Shown one piece after another: positions 13,238 through 27,222 of a DNA stretch of 64,000 nt (position 1 is its first letter; each line of letters opens with the position of its first letter). This DNA comes from Callorhinchus milii (Eukaryota). The stretch is from contig NW_024704743.1 of NCBI RefSeq assembly GCF_018977255.1, forward strand, positions 67,706,001-67,770,000. The letters are read 5' to 3'. The notes beneath the pieces were generated by a model. It did not search any database, was not told the origin of the DNA, and was given only the letters and a program-made list of their open reading frames with translations. A program made the translations under genes and the position numbers.

Positions 13238-13455
13238 CAACAACAACAACTTTATATAATGCCCTTCACGCAGGGTAGCGTCCCAGAGTGCTTGACAGTG
13301 GCGGAGCACAACGCCAAGCTGGGGGGAGGGGGAGTTGACCGTAGGCAAGGCGGACGGATAGAGGAAGAGTGTTCAGAGTTTCGGGGCGTAGTGGCTGAAA
13401 GTGCGGCCATCAATGGTGGAACGGAGGGCACGAGGGACATACAGAATGCAAGAGG
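13238..13455 (-). mobile_element. L2 3' end
   Basis: (caa)n on the + strand followed by the reverse complement of the L2 tail. Confidence 0.65.
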
Positions 13456-14064
13456 GACAATCATTTCCTTAGGATTCTTACAGCTGTCAAAGAGAGACAG
13501 CTATTAGTTTACCCTATTAGTTTGAGCTGCAAGTAAACATAGCACTCAGAAATAAAAGCACCATGTACTATCCAATTCCTCTGATTATGCAGTATATTAA
13601 ACCCTGTCTACAACCCAATTTTAACGTATTCTTCACCCTGTGTGTTGCATCATTAATATTACTTGACAATCTGCAAATTAATAGTATGCACTTTAGAAAT
13701 CTTGTGGGACATTGGTGTATGCAAATTGGTTGCTGTGTTTGCTTACAAAATACAGTCATTACACTTAAACAGTAAAATTATTTGAACCATTTTAAGATGT
13801 CCTCCCACCCAATGTAAAATACGGCAATCAAATGTAAAGATTATTATTTATTATTATCTTCAAAGGGCATTAAAGATGTGTGTAACAGAAATGTAATCAA
13901 TATTCTACTCCAATTACAAAGCACTTTACCCCTATAACTAACAGCTAGAATAGGTTACCCAGAAATGTGGGTGAGGCCAGGACATTGGAATCATTGTGTA
14001 AAACAAAGAATACTGTGATGGGAAGATTGTAAGGATGAGTTTTCTGGAAGAATGAGATGGGATG

Positions 14065-14283
14065 TGCCGAAAGGCGTTAGGGTTAGTCTGAATGTTTCTT
14101 GTAATCTTGTGAATCCTAATTCTCTGGAATTAGGTGTGCAGGGTGTATCCCTCCTGGGGAGGGAGTGCATATTTCATTCCAGACACAGGAATTTTCAGCT
14201 GTAAATGGCATGAATGGTTTGGATACTCTTAAGCACAATGATGAGTTTCTGCAAGTCAAGACACCCAGCTGACCAAAAAAAAA
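14065..14283 (+). repeat. Unclassified family X, 3' part with A-tail
   Basis: cctaattctctggaattagg...ttggatactcttaagc...gctgaccaaaaaaaaa. Confidence 0.65.
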
Positions 14284-15249
14284 TTATGATAAACAAGCTA
14301 ACAGAAATGTATGTTTTATGGTACTCCCTGTGAGGTCCAACATGTGAAAATCGCAAATAAGGTTTATTGAATTAATCAAAACTTCGAAATTGTGAAGTCC
14401 AGATTGTGAAAGTCCTTGAAGCAAAAGAGTAGTCCCAGATGTTTGCAATCCCAGATGTTTCTCATGCCGACCCTTTGAAACTGCCTGGACTCTGATCTCT
14501 ATGAAGATGAATGTCCAAGCAGTTGAATGTCTCTATGAACTCTATGTCCAAGCAGAGATCTGAAGTACTGCCTCAAAGCAGCTTTGTTACAATTCCTTTT
14601 GCAGTGCTCGAAATTAGACCTCAGTGAGAAGCTAATTGGATCTATTGCATCAGCAGGGGTATGTAGTATTGGCTAAATACCTGCACAGAAAGAAATAATA
14701 CTGATAGATGAAACACCCCAGGCTGCTGGGGGCCTCTCAGCTGAAAAGCAGCAATAATGAAGTTGTAGAAATACATCCTACCCTGTTAGCAGGTGAATGA
14801 AAAATGTTGCAGGCAAAGAAAAAAATGTATGTAATGTAAGATTTGTTTCTGAAAATATTTTTTTGCTGCAATTGAGACGTCTTTTAAATTTATTTTGATT
14901 TATAGATCTTAAATGTACCTTTTCTTTCTTTTTGACTTCAGTTATGGAGGTAAACTGTTACAGTCATGGTTTTCTCATTAATGAGTTCTACCTCTGGCTG
15001 TATTAATGAATGAGATTCGATCTGTTGCTCGTTTACTTCCACTTCCAATTCAACTGATTTAGTAGAATCCACTAGATTAAGACCATAAAACCACCATTAT
15101 TCACTATTTAACTGGTCTCAAAACGAAAACATCTTACTAATAATCCATGAAGATATTTTTGTCAAATATTAAACTGCTTTTGTAACCAAATAATCTAACC
15201 CCCAAGTGCCGAAAAATGGTGCTGGATTGCAGGCCTCTGAGAATATGCA

Positions 15250-16220
15250 CAAGAGAAGTTTGGATGAAGAAGGCCCTTTGAAGATACCAAACTTCCAGAA
15301 TACCGACCCTACCATCTTCCCATCACAGCATCAAGCTATTTTTTTTAATGAACCCAGTCTCATAGCCTCAACCACTCTTTCTGGTAATCTTTATCCTCTG
15401 GGTAAAGAAATACTTTATTGTGTCTGTCCCGAAACTGCCCATTGTGTCCTCTTGTTTTATTGTCTCAGTGCATCTGACATTAGTGTTCTGGGTTTACTTT
15501 TACAATCTCCCATTTAAATTTTGTATACCTCTATAAGGTCTCCTCTGAAATGTTTCCTCTGAAGAGCCCTAGTTTGTCTAATCGTCACTTAAAGCACATT
15601 TCTCTAATGCTAGGAATCATCCTTATTGTTCTCTTCTGCAATACTTCTGGGGCCTGGACTGCTCCCTTATGTTGTGGTGACCAGAACTGTATTTCGTACT
15701 TTAGGTGTGGCCTGGCCAGAGCTTGATTATAGTTCAACTTTTGAGGATCTGAACACAACTGAATTTCCAACATAACCCAGTTGCATCTTGTTTGCTTTGT
15801 TTATTGCTGCCTCGCACTGTTTTGACACTGTGAGTGATGAGCCAATTAGATTTCTTGCAGCTCTTCCTTGGCAAGTCCTATTGCATCCATGGAATACTTG
15901 TTTTTTCTATTCTTATATATAGTGCCTTGCATTGATTTGCATTGAATTTAATTTGTCAGTTATCAGCCCAAGTGCATACTCTATCAAACTCTCTTTGTTG
16001 CCTCCTCTGATTTCACAGTTCAACTCAACTTGGTGTCATCTGCAAATGTAACTATTTTACACTGTTCTGCAAATCCAGGTCATAAATGTACATAAGGAAC
16101 AGGAGAGGTCCTAGCACAGACCCCTGAAGCACTCTGCTTAAAACCTCCCCTCACTTTGACCTAGTTCCCACTGCTTTCTTCCCTTCAACCAATTCTGGAC
16201 CTATGTCCATATATTGCCCT
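15250..16220 (-). mobile_element. CR1 LINE, 3' ORF2 (RT) and 3' end, degraded
   Basis: VLQGSVLGPLLF (~16095-16135), FADDTKL (~16027-16047), RPHLKYEIQFWSP and LQKRTIRMIP motifs. Confidence 0.85.
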
Positions 16221-17671
16221 TGATAACAATAGTAGAAATATTTGCATCTGTTACCTTGTCTTTCATGTAGGGAGGATGTCTAAGTACTTCACTGGGTATA
16301 ATAATTGTTGCATTTGATATTGCCTTATAATGTCATCAAGTCACCTCAAAGCACTTCACAGGATGTTATTGTGAAGTGTAATGATTGTGTATTTGTAGAT
16401 GAACACGGCAACCATTTTGCACACAGCAATGTTTCATAAACAGCCATGAATTGATTGACTTTTTATTTCAGGTATCATTGATTATTTTCCATTTTATTTC
16501 TGATGATTGACTGCATCATTTGCTCATTTATTGAGGTTAGGTTAATGGATTTATTAGTGCCAGCTACCATGGGTAGCTGTTTGACGTCTAGTTTGGACAT
16601 GCCTGAGATTGAACTGGACACATATACAACACAAAGATTTAAATCATTAAAAATTCTGGGAGTTTGAATTGGCTGAAAGATGTGCCTTTATTGCTGGTTT
16701 TCAATCAATAAAATCAGCGCCTACCTCCAAGATGACTGGTAGATAAGAGAGATAGAAAACGAGAGCACAGAAGGAAAAAAAGTCCAAAGGAAGNAAAAAA
16801 TGGCAAGCATACCATTTCTACATCATTTAATTGTGTCAGTTTAGCAAATTGGGTCAATATTAGTATAATAACATTATTCCTAATGTTTTGCAACCATAAA
16901 ATTAGCTTTCTATTCAACATTATAGTACACCACCATTAATCTATTGAATTTTTTAGCTAGCAGAGTCAGGAATTTTGTAGACATGTTAGAAGTCTAAGTC
17001 AACTCTGGCATGATTTAGTAAATCAGAAATATATCAGATTGTAATAAACATATCCACAAAATATACTATACTAGCTCCTTAGATATGTGTAAGTGCATAA
17101 AGTTATTTATTGATATCATGTTTAATTTGTTAAATTTGCATTTCATTTCAGTAATAAAGGAATGCTCTCTACCCATACATTCTCATTCAGTAACCCAGAA
17201 ATTGGTCAATGCCAAGTTGATGTCCTCTTAATAGTTAAGACCTTGGCCCAAGGTATGCCTGCAGGTGGCCTGCTTACTGCGTGTCACCAGCTCCTCAGTA
17301 TTTCTTCCCTACATCTGATTCACCGGGACATATATTGTAATTATATACAGTATATATATGCTTGCTCCATTCACCAAGACACAATTTCCTTTGTATTGCC
17401 ACAGATTTAATAATAGTTGTTTATCAATTGTTTTTACTGAGTTGAGGTTTTAATATAGAGTCTCATCTTCCATTGCTATGTCAACTGAAAAGTTAACTAT
17501 AGCAAATACATAGCCAGATAATAATAATAAATAATAATCATACAAATAACAATAATAATAAGGTGCCCAGTATTTCTTCTTTATCTGATCCACCAGGACA
17601 TATATTGTAACTATATACAGTACACTTTATAGTTTCCCTCGTACTGCTCAGATTTTAATAATATTTGTTCA

Positions 17672-17905
<234 letters not shown>

Positions 17906-19704
17906 TCAACTGAGTTATTTCTACTGAAGGACAAACCACCCAACGTAAAGCAATAGGGGTATGGAGCCACTCCATTTGACCACTGTACCATGGAACTATA
18001 CAAATTGGCAGCACAGAAGGCCATTCGGCTCATTATGTCTATCATAGTTCTTCGTAAGAGCCACAATATGCATTTTAAACTAACTAGAATTTGCTAATAT
18101 AATAACATATTCTTAAATCTTTAACCCAGATATTGCTTACGTGAATCCTCTTTCCCACCACTCATCTATCCCTATGGTTCAATTTCTCCTGAGATAAAAC
18201 TGACCTCTAAGAGTTGTGTTTCACCTCAAATTGTAATCAGATTGATATCTGCACAGAACCTCACTCCATTACTCTATCCTCTTCAATCACTTCAACGTTC
18301 ATTGCACGTTTACTCATACTTGAAAGTTTGCTCGCATTCATCTGTCCTTCAACAAGTTCTCTCTCGCCTTTCAGAGTTCTGCTTGGTTGCACTTGGTCCT
18401 GCACTTTCTAAAGTTATTGCATGATTGCCATTATGGATTTCTAAATAATTAATCCACTTTTGTTTTTCCTCCCACTCAATTTTTTCTTAATTTTAATAAA
18501 CATCTCCACTCACCCTCTAACCCTATCCTCTCATTTACTAATAATTTCACAGTATATTAAAAAAAGAAGCTTCAGGACATCACAATTTTGCTTGTCAGGG
18601 TGATCATTCACCAAAGAAGCCAACAACGCTCTAATCTCTGCTCTTTGGCCACATCTATGTAAATCCATACATCCCTCAGTCTTCTCATTCATCCTCCTAC
18701 AACCAACAGGCTTTCAAAGTCCAAGCTTAGTGTTACACAGCTACTTCCAGATATTTCTTATTTTTCTTTCCTATTCTTTTCACTACATTATGGCTATGTT
18801 CCTTCACTTAATTTTCTCAATAAAGAAACCACAGAAGTTCTATAATAGTGTAATAGGCAATCAGGCTGCTGGCATTAATTCAGCAGAGATCTGGTTATGT
18901 TTGTGCTGCTGTATTTGCAGGTACATGGGCTGCATTAGATGGATATTGGTTGGTGGACTAGAACAAGGCAATTCATTTAAGAGCTAGGGTGAAGGGTACA
19001 GCAGATTATTTATTTCAGCTAATAAAATGATAAGCTTTTCCATTATGAGATCAGCATACAAAGTGTGATTTTAGAATAAAACCAAATGCGGCTATGGAAA
19101 CAAAGTGCATCTATGTTACGGACTGAGCAGAGCACAAAGCACAAACAACCTTTGTTCCTCTTGGAGTGTAATGGTGAAAGCACAACATTTTTATTTCCTC
19201 TATGACCTTTGAAGAGACAATAAAAAGCTTTTTCTTTAAACTCGTTGAGGACATGATTTTGACACATTTTTCACAAGTCAAATGACAGCTATAACCTTTA
19301 ATAATGCTGTACTTGAATCTATAGATATTTTTTCCGTCTTATTTTTCCTCTGATCTCAGATGAGTATCCTACAAAACTCAGTTATTACTTTTCTAACAAT
19401 ACTTTTTCTTGCATCTTATCTGGAGATGAGAAAGAAGTGCAAAGAGGACCTCCCTAGTTGTGGCAGAGGTGTTCAGGCCTTGGGTGGACCTGAACTTTCT
19501 ATTAACTTCCCTGACAAGCTCTGTGCAAGATCGATAAGAAATACATAACCCTACAACTGAAGCCTGAAAAGATCTTTTCTGCATTGTTCTTTGGATTTTT
19601 TGTTAATTACCATGCTCATATTAATATACCAAAGAAAGAAGCATTATTTGATGAAATACACATGCTCAGTGGTTGAATTCTCCAGAACACCTAACAACAT
19701 GGTT

Positions 19705-20035
19705 AAAAATAATAAAATAATCCTTGATATAGCACTTTACCATGTCAAAAAGTCTTAAAGCAATTCAGTTTCCTACAAAATGCAATCATGGGCATTCAAA
19801 GCTGAACACACCAGCCAATTTGCACACAGCTATGCCCCACAGACAGCCAGGAATCACAATACCAATGAAACTGGAGGATTGTTGGCCAGGATACTGGAGA
19901 AATAGTCTCACAGTTCATTTAAGTTCACCTGAACAAACAGACAGGACCTCAGTTTAACGTCTCATCCGAAGGATAGCACCTCCAACAATGAAGTGCTCCC
20001 TCAAAATTGCACTTAAGTGTCAGCCTAGAACATAC
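19705..20035 (-). mobile_element. DeuSINE
   Basis: cctcagtttaacgtctcatccgaagg is the reverse complement of the Deu core. Confidence 0.7.
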
Positions 20036-20759
20036 ACTCGAAAACCTCTTTAAGTAGTTTGGCTCTGGTTCAGGGATGTGAAGGCAATTTTAGGACACCA
20101 AGAAGTATTTCTGGACACAGGGGATGTTCAACAACTGAAATAGGTTTCTAGGAGGGTTGATGGAGACCAGGATATACAATACAAAATTACAAAACAAAAT
20201 TAAATTTGTATAGCGCCTTTCATATCGGGAGGACGTCCCAAGTGGCTGGTGGGACTCATTTCAAAAACAGCTGACAAACTCTGCAAGGAAATATAAAACC
20301 TCCCTCTGAAGAGGAAAAGTAAACAGCTTAGATTTAATTGTTTTATATAGAGTGATGAAAAAGTGGAATAGATTACTCAGGTAAGTGTTAGAGGCCGACT
20401 GTGACAGTAATTTCAAGAAGGAGATAGATAGCTATTTGAAGAAATTGATTGGTAGGTATGAGAGATGGAATCATGTATTTTTTTCTCTATGTTCAGTCTA
20501 CCCAGATGGAGGGCAAAGGTCAACAATTACCTCTTGCTCACATTTTGTAACGTCTTAGCAAGTGTTTGGGTGGAGCACAGCCCATATAAATAAATAGCAA
20601 CAATCTTTGAATTTACTATTCTCTCACTCTATCTGCCCCATTGATGATAGAAATGAGAATTTCATGGAGATTCCTCCAGATATAATTGGTCATTTGCTTC
20701 ATCATTATTTGTGGCATATTGATGTGCATGAATGGGCTGCTGCTTTCATCAAGACAATA

Positions 20760-21010
20760 CACAGTCACCTCACCCTTGGCAGGTGGGCTTTCAGCTCCTT
20801 GGCACCCGCTTTCTGGAACTCCATTACTAGGGATCTCTGACTCGCTCTCTCCCTCCCCTCTTTCAAGGTATACCTCAGAATGTATCTCTTTGACCACGCT
20901 TTCAGTCATCTTTCCCCTACTCCCTCCATTCCCCCAAGCTCCCACCCTCAACTCCAATGCCCAGTCAGAATTTTCAAGCGGTTGGGACATCCTGCCAACG
21001 TACAGCAAGT
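20760..21010 (+). mobile_element. L2 3' fragment
   Basis: GRWAFSSLAPAFWNSI motif followed by tail. Confidence 0.65.
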
Positions 21011-21599
21011 ATGATTGGACTGTATTGTATATATCGCCTTTCAAGTCAGGAGGATGGTTCACAACTCTTTACAAGATAGACCCTAAAGTGCAATGACTGT
21101 GCATTTTGTTGATGAAAGCAACAGCTCATTCACGAACAGCAATATGCCACAAACAGCATGAAGAAAATGATTGATTATATCTGGGGGATTGTTGTCCATA
21201 ACACAAGGAGAAGTTCTCGTTTCTATCATCATCAAATGTAGTTGATTATGCAGAACAACAACTTGCATTTATATAGCATCCTTCATGCTGGACAGCATCT
21301 TGGAGCATTGAAACCAGTGCTTAAAAAATGTTCTGTCTGACAGCTGCTAAATATGCATTTTGTTGCACAAAAAGAACTCTGATGCAGCAGGTTTTGGGTT
21401 GTTCTGTTGCACTTCCAGAGGAAGTGTGTAATAGAAAGTAATGACAATAACAACAACCTGCTCCCACTGTTTGTCAGGTATCAAAGGAAGACATGCCAGT
21501 AGTTACAATTGATCTGTTGGATATTACCTGTAACACTCCAACGGAAAACACTTTCACCAAAATTGACAAAATAATGACCACAGATGTTATTCAGCTAGT

Positions 21600-21810
21600 A
21601 CTCCCCAAACTCTGGAACACTCTCCCTCAATCCCTCCGCTTTGCCCCCTCTTGCCCCTCTTTCAAGTCCTGCCTGAAAACCTTCATCTTTGACCGTGCTT
21701 ACAGCCACCTCCCCACCCCTTCCCCCACTGGCATGGAGTCAGGCTCCGTGACTGTTAAGCGCTCTGAGAAGCATGGAGGGCGCTATATAAGTGCAAGTTG
21801 TTGTTGTTAT
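21600..21810 (+). mobile_element. L2 3' fragment
   Basis: PKLWNTLPQSLR...FKSCLKTFIF plus (ttg)n. Confidence 0.75.
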
Positions 21811-21929
21811 TCCCTGGAAAAACTGAAAAGCTTTCTCAACATATAAAATATCTGTGATTTTTGGATGCAGAAGTTCACCTGTAACCAATATGTAAGAATC
21901 TGCCAGTGTATAGTATAAATGGTGTTAGA

Positions 21930-22623
21930 TGGTTAGCTTCCAAAAGTAGCCCAACACACACTCTGGGGTCCCCAAGGCTTTGGGGTCCCCAAGGCTTGGA
22001 TCTTGCAAACCTGAGCCTAATACTCTCCAGAATTAGGTGAGATATCCACCTGGTTCAGTTGGCAGTACTCTGAGTCATAAGGTTGTAAGTTCAAGCTCCA
22101 CATCAGCACTTTGAACTCGCAAGGCTGACAATCCAATGCAGTGGCTGGGATGCACTGCACTGTTAGAGGTGCTATCGTTTGGATGAGATATCAAATAAAA
22201 GTCCTGTCAACCCGTTCAGATTGACATTAAAGATCCCATGGGGCTATTTAAAAGAGAATGTTGCTTCTCTTGGTGTCCTGGCCAATAAACCCCCAGATAA
22301 ATTAATTATTTGCTACATGGTAATTTGTGGGACATTATGGTGCACAAATTAGGATGGTGCATTTCTCTACAAATACACAGTCACTACACTTCACAGTAAA
22401 ATACTACAAGGCTCTTTGAGACATCTCACTTGTGTGATAAGACAATATATAAAATAGAAGGATTATTATTATTAAGTAGAGTACATACCTCCAGGGAGAG
22501 GTATGTTCTCCAGACACGGTTAAATTTCCATACCTACATAGAACTTTCAGTCTGGCTTGCATACTGTTATACAGGGTGATAATTTTCCACAAATGTCTGA
22601 CACTCGGCTGACCAAAAGAAAAA
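21930..22623 (+). repeat. Family X copy interrupted by a DeuSINE (~22049-22473)
   Basis: X sequence stops at ...gaattaggtgag, resumes after the SINE (tta)n tail and ends ggctgaccaaaagaaaaa. Confidence 0.7.
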
Positions 22624-22904
22624 TGAGGATTTCATGATAGCCATCGGATTTCGGACCAAGTAGTCTGATGTCCTATCATAATTTACAGTCCATAGCTTTT
22701 TCTCTGAAGTGTGACAATTCTATCAGACTGCAATGGAATACATTACTGCAATATTTTCTGTTTTGGGAAATGATATTCAGCTGCATTCCCGACCCATTGA
22801 CTACAAGAAGAATGTAGTTTCTATAACACCACCTATATTGGCTCGCGTCAGCGCCTCCGCACCTCAGGCGCTGACAGCATCAGCATCCAAGGCTGCTCTC
22901 TCCA

Positions 22905-23685
22905 CCTCTCAAAAGCCAATCAGGAACCTCGGCGTTCTGTTCGACCCTGAGCTGTCCTTTCCCCCTCATATCCGCACCACAACTGGCACTGCCTTCCATC
23001 ACCTCCGGAACATCGCCAGACTACGGCACTGCCTCACCCCTCACGCTGCTGAAACTCTGGTCCACGCCTTTATCACCTCAAGGCTGGACTATGGGAACTC
23101 TCTCCTCGCCGGCCTTCCCGCCACCTCCCTCCACACTGCAGGTCATTCAGAACTCTGCAGCTCGTGTACTGTCCCGCACCAGGCTTCGCGACCACATCAC
23201 TCCCACCCTCGCTCGCCTCCACTGGCTCCCCATACCCCAGAGGATCGAATTCAAGATCCTCACCCTCACCTACAAGGCCATTCGCGGCCTTGCTCCCTCC
23301 TACCTCTCTGACCTACTATCCCCCTACCTACCTGCCCGTACCCTCCGTTCCTCTGGCTCCGGTCTGCTCCACATCCCCCGCCCCAACCGCCCTACCATCG
23401 GTGGACGGGCCTTCAGCCTCTCAGCCCCGAGGCTCTGGAACTCCATCCCCCAGTGCCTTCGCCGCCTCCTCCCTTTCCTCCTTCAAGGCCGGTCTCAAGA
23501 CCTTTCTCTTTGACCGTGCCTTCAGCTCCCCTCTCGACTCTCTACCCCCTCCTCGCTCCCTCCCTTCCCTCCCCTCACCCTGACCATTTCCCCCTTGCTC
23601 GGGTCCTGACCCAACTGTACAGCGCCTTGGGACGTCCTCCCGACGTGAAAGGCGCTCAATAAATGGAATCTTGTTGTTGTTGTTG
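22905..23685 (+). mobile_element. Young L2 LINE, 5'-truncated (ORF2 C-terminus, 3' UTR, (ttg)n)
   Basis: RNLGVLFD...AETLVHAFITSRLDYGNSLL...IQNSAARVL...LHWLPIPQRIEFKIL...RLWNSIP with frameshifts; CpG-rich. Confidence 0.92.
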
Positions 23686-25674
23686 TATATAATTACCCAT
23701 TTATCTGACCTCACTCTTTAAAGTGAAACAAGTATTATGAATGGTACATTTTTGGAATAAATAAGATTGAACTCACTCACTATGTATATTGTTCTACCCC
23801 TTCATAAATTCTGGATTTAATTTACAAACATAGCCTTATGGGTTACTGATGGGTCAAAGTTCTCTCTGCTGACCAAAGCTACCAAATATCTTTTACATAG
23901 AACAACACAGTGGTGAAACAAGCCATTCAGTCTAATTAGTCTGTTCCAGTATACACCACACAACCCTCCTAATCCCCTCTCCCATACGCCTTGATTCTCT
24001 TCTCAATCATATATGTATCACATTTCCTCTTTAATATATTACTACATACAGCAACAACAAGATTTCATTTATAGAGCGCCTTTCACGACGGGAGGACGTC
24101 CCAAGGCGCTGGACAGTTGGGTCAGGACCCGATACATATATGATAAAATAAATAAAACCTGATCAGATATACTCTGTGACATTAAAAGCCTGAGAAGCTT
24201 ATTGCATTGCAGGCTTAATTTATTCAATGACTGATCATGCTACTGCCTCCAACAATAGATGAGCTGCAAAAGAAAGCAAAGAGTGCCCGGATGGAACACA
24301 ATCTCCAAAACACCCTTCAAGAAAGTGTAATGTATAATTACTGTGGTTAAGCAACTGTGTTGCTGATCCTGAAATTGTACTGTAGAACTATTGCAAGTTG
24401 CTTTCTAGGCATTGATTTGGCTCTATACCATTCATAGGTTCCTGTATTGAAGCTGTTTTACCCATGGCATAAACAGCCATGTATTGAATGACCAATGTTA
24501 ATACCAATGATGAATAATGCTAAATGAAAGATTCATTAAACTTACACTAAATAGAACCCACTGTTAACAGCCCCCACCATCTCATAACAGCTATATATGT
24601 ATAGATGTCTTTATGTACTCAATTTGGCCAATCATTCCCCAAAATAAAATTAGTCACTCAAAAAACAACTGGTATGAAATGAAATGGCATTAAGGTTATT
24701 TTGAAATTTCTTGCAAATTGTCAGAAAATGTATATGGTCCAGGAGATTTAATTTACTGTAATTTATTTACATAGTTTAATCAAATTCGTATTGACTGATG
24801 TTTAAAAGTCAAAACGGTCCATTACCATGACTGGTTACTACAGCAGATAAATTATTAAAGCAATCATTTTCAAAACAGTATACATAACAAAAAAAGACAC
24901 ATGGATTAAATTGAAATGCAATCCCCACTTGCCACCTTTTGCTTGCCAAGGAAATGGTCTGCCTCACACACGACTTAGCACCTTGTATATCTCCTCTTTA
25001 TCTCTTCCGGATGAATGAAGCAAGTAATTGGTTCACTTCAAAGCCAACTGACTCAAGCTAAGTAAGTTTAAAGCCAGATTGAAGCACTCCCTTTGTATTC
25101 TTAATTAGAAATGAAAGGAGAAAGCAAATCGCATAACAGAACTTCATAGGAACCTAAGAAAATATGGAACAAAGAAAGGCTATTTGACCCATAATACCAC
25201 TCCTATCACAGACATCAGTATCTGATTGTGAACCATCCAACTAAAACAGATGATTATCCTACTGTTTGAAGAAGTTAATCAATACTGATACAGTATTGTG
25301 TCGATCATATGTTTTGTTCCACAGAACCACAACAATGTGGGGGAAAAGAAGGTCTTTGTATTTTTAGGACTGCTTGTAGCATGTGTCAAACACCCAGCGG
25401 ACCGCCCATAAATACTATTTTCAAACCTATATTCTCATCTAGTTCTGCTTGCATGATGCAAGTCATTTTCAAGTCATCTTACATCTATATCATCTATGCC
25501 TAGAATCTCTTTAAGACCAGAATCATCTCCTTTTTCAATCTTTTTTCTCATCAAAAAGTTCAGCTCCGTGGAGCCGTTCCTCATTACAACACTTTGCACT
25601 TATGTGGTGCTTTTCACAGAGGATGAATGTCTTGAAGATTCTTGAACAAATATGATAGGGAGCACCCAGCAGGG

Positions 25675-26420
25675 AACAACAACAACAAAATTACATTTAC
25701 AGAGTGCCTTTCACATTGGGAGGATGTCCCAAAGCGCTGAACAGTCAGGTGTCAGGGCCCGAGAATGGGGGAGGGGTGGTGTAAGGGTGAGGGAAGGCAG
25801 AGAGGTGGGAGGGAGACTAAAGGCACAGTCGAAGAGAAGGGTCTTGAAGAAGGCAAGGGAGGAAGCGAGGCGAAGGGACCATGGAATGGAGTTCCAGAGT
25901 GTGGGGACAGAGGCTGAAAGCCCGGTCACCGATGGTAAGGTGGGTCGGGCGGGAGACGTGGAGCAGGCCGGAGCCCGATGAACGGAGGGAGCGGGCAGGT
26001 TGGTAGGGAGTCAGCAGGTCAGAGAGGTAGGAGGGGGCAAGGCCATGGATGGCCTTAAAGGTGAAGACGAGGATCTTGAACTCGATCCTCTGGGGGATGG
26101 GGAGCCAGTGGAGTCAGGCGAGGGTGGGAGTGATGGGGTCACGGAGCCTGGTGCGTGAGAGTACACAAGATGCAGAGTTTTGGATGATCTGCAGCTTGTG
26201 AAGGGAAGAGTTGAGATGGCCTATGAGGAGGGAGTTCCCGTAACCGAGCCTAGAGGTGACGAATGCATGGGTGAGGGTTTCGGCAGCCTGAGGGGTGAGG
26301 CTGTGGCGGAGTCTAGCAATATTGCGGAGGTTGTGGTAGGCAGTGCCGTCATGGCGCGGATGTGGGGGAGAAAGGACAGTTCAGGGTCAAACAAGTTACC
26401 CAGGTTCCTGACTGGCTTAG
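25675..26420 (-). mobile_element. L2 LINE, 5'-truncated
   Basis: KPVRNLGNLFDPELSF and LWNSIPWSLR motifs; (caa)n at 25676. Confidence 0.88.
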
Positions 26421-26925
26421 TGAAGTTGATATTAAAGATACTGATCAAAAGTCCAGTCAAAGAGATGTGTTCTGGTAGGTTTTGAAGAAAAGGAGAGGGG
26501 GAACAAGTTAAGGAAGAGAGTTGTGGAGCAGTGTTTTGGGATATCCTCCTAATGTGAAAGGGGTTATCTAAATGCAATGCGTTGTTTTTGTTCCACAAGG
26601 CAGGAGCACAATGGCTGATTGCTCAGCTACCAGTGGTGAGATAGAATGACTGAGGAACAGATAAGCATAGGATAATGACCAGGAGAAGATGACTGGAAGA
26701 GATTGCATCAAATGAGAGCGGGGAATGAGACCATTAAGTGATTCAAAGTCCACATCACCAAATTCATTACACTCAGTGAATCAAAGAAATTTACTGCACA
26801 GCAGGAGGACATTCAGCCCATAGTGTCTGCGCTTAGAGCAAGCTGCCCATTCGATCCCATTGACTGTATTTTGTAATTAATAAGGTAGCTAATTTGCACA
26901 CAACAATGTCCCTTAAACAGCCATA

Positions 26926-27222
26926 ATAATAATAATAACCCTTGCATGTGATATAGCCCTTCTCACATCTTCTCACTCAGTGAATCAAAGAAATTTACTG
27001 CACAGCAGGAGGACATTCAGCTTTGAGACATCTTCTAGAGATGTCTCAAAGCGCTTCACAGAATACACCTGTAAAGTGAATTGACCGTATATTTGTGGGC
27101 GAAACACAGCAGCCAATTGCTCACAGCAGTGTCCCACAAACAATCGTGGAGTGAGTGACTAAATTATTATTGTTTTTTTTCTTGGGACATTACTATCAGG
27201 CATGTGGAGTAAGGAAACTTGC
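26926..27222 (-). mobile_element. tRNA-Ala SINE family copy (headless) carrying a templated insertion
   Basis: SINE body and tail with extra sequence at 26974-27036. Confidence 0.75.

Noticed and set aside
16794..16794. Single N base
   Set aside because: Assembly ambiguity next to an A-run; no biological meaning.
18130..18800. Possible very old L2 RT remnant (also ~100-600)
   Set aside because: Too degraded to delimit or confirm by eye.
22733..23513. Longest ORFs (192 and 140 aa) as a nested gene
   Set aside because: Frameshifted C-terminus of L2 ORF2 in a truncated copy.
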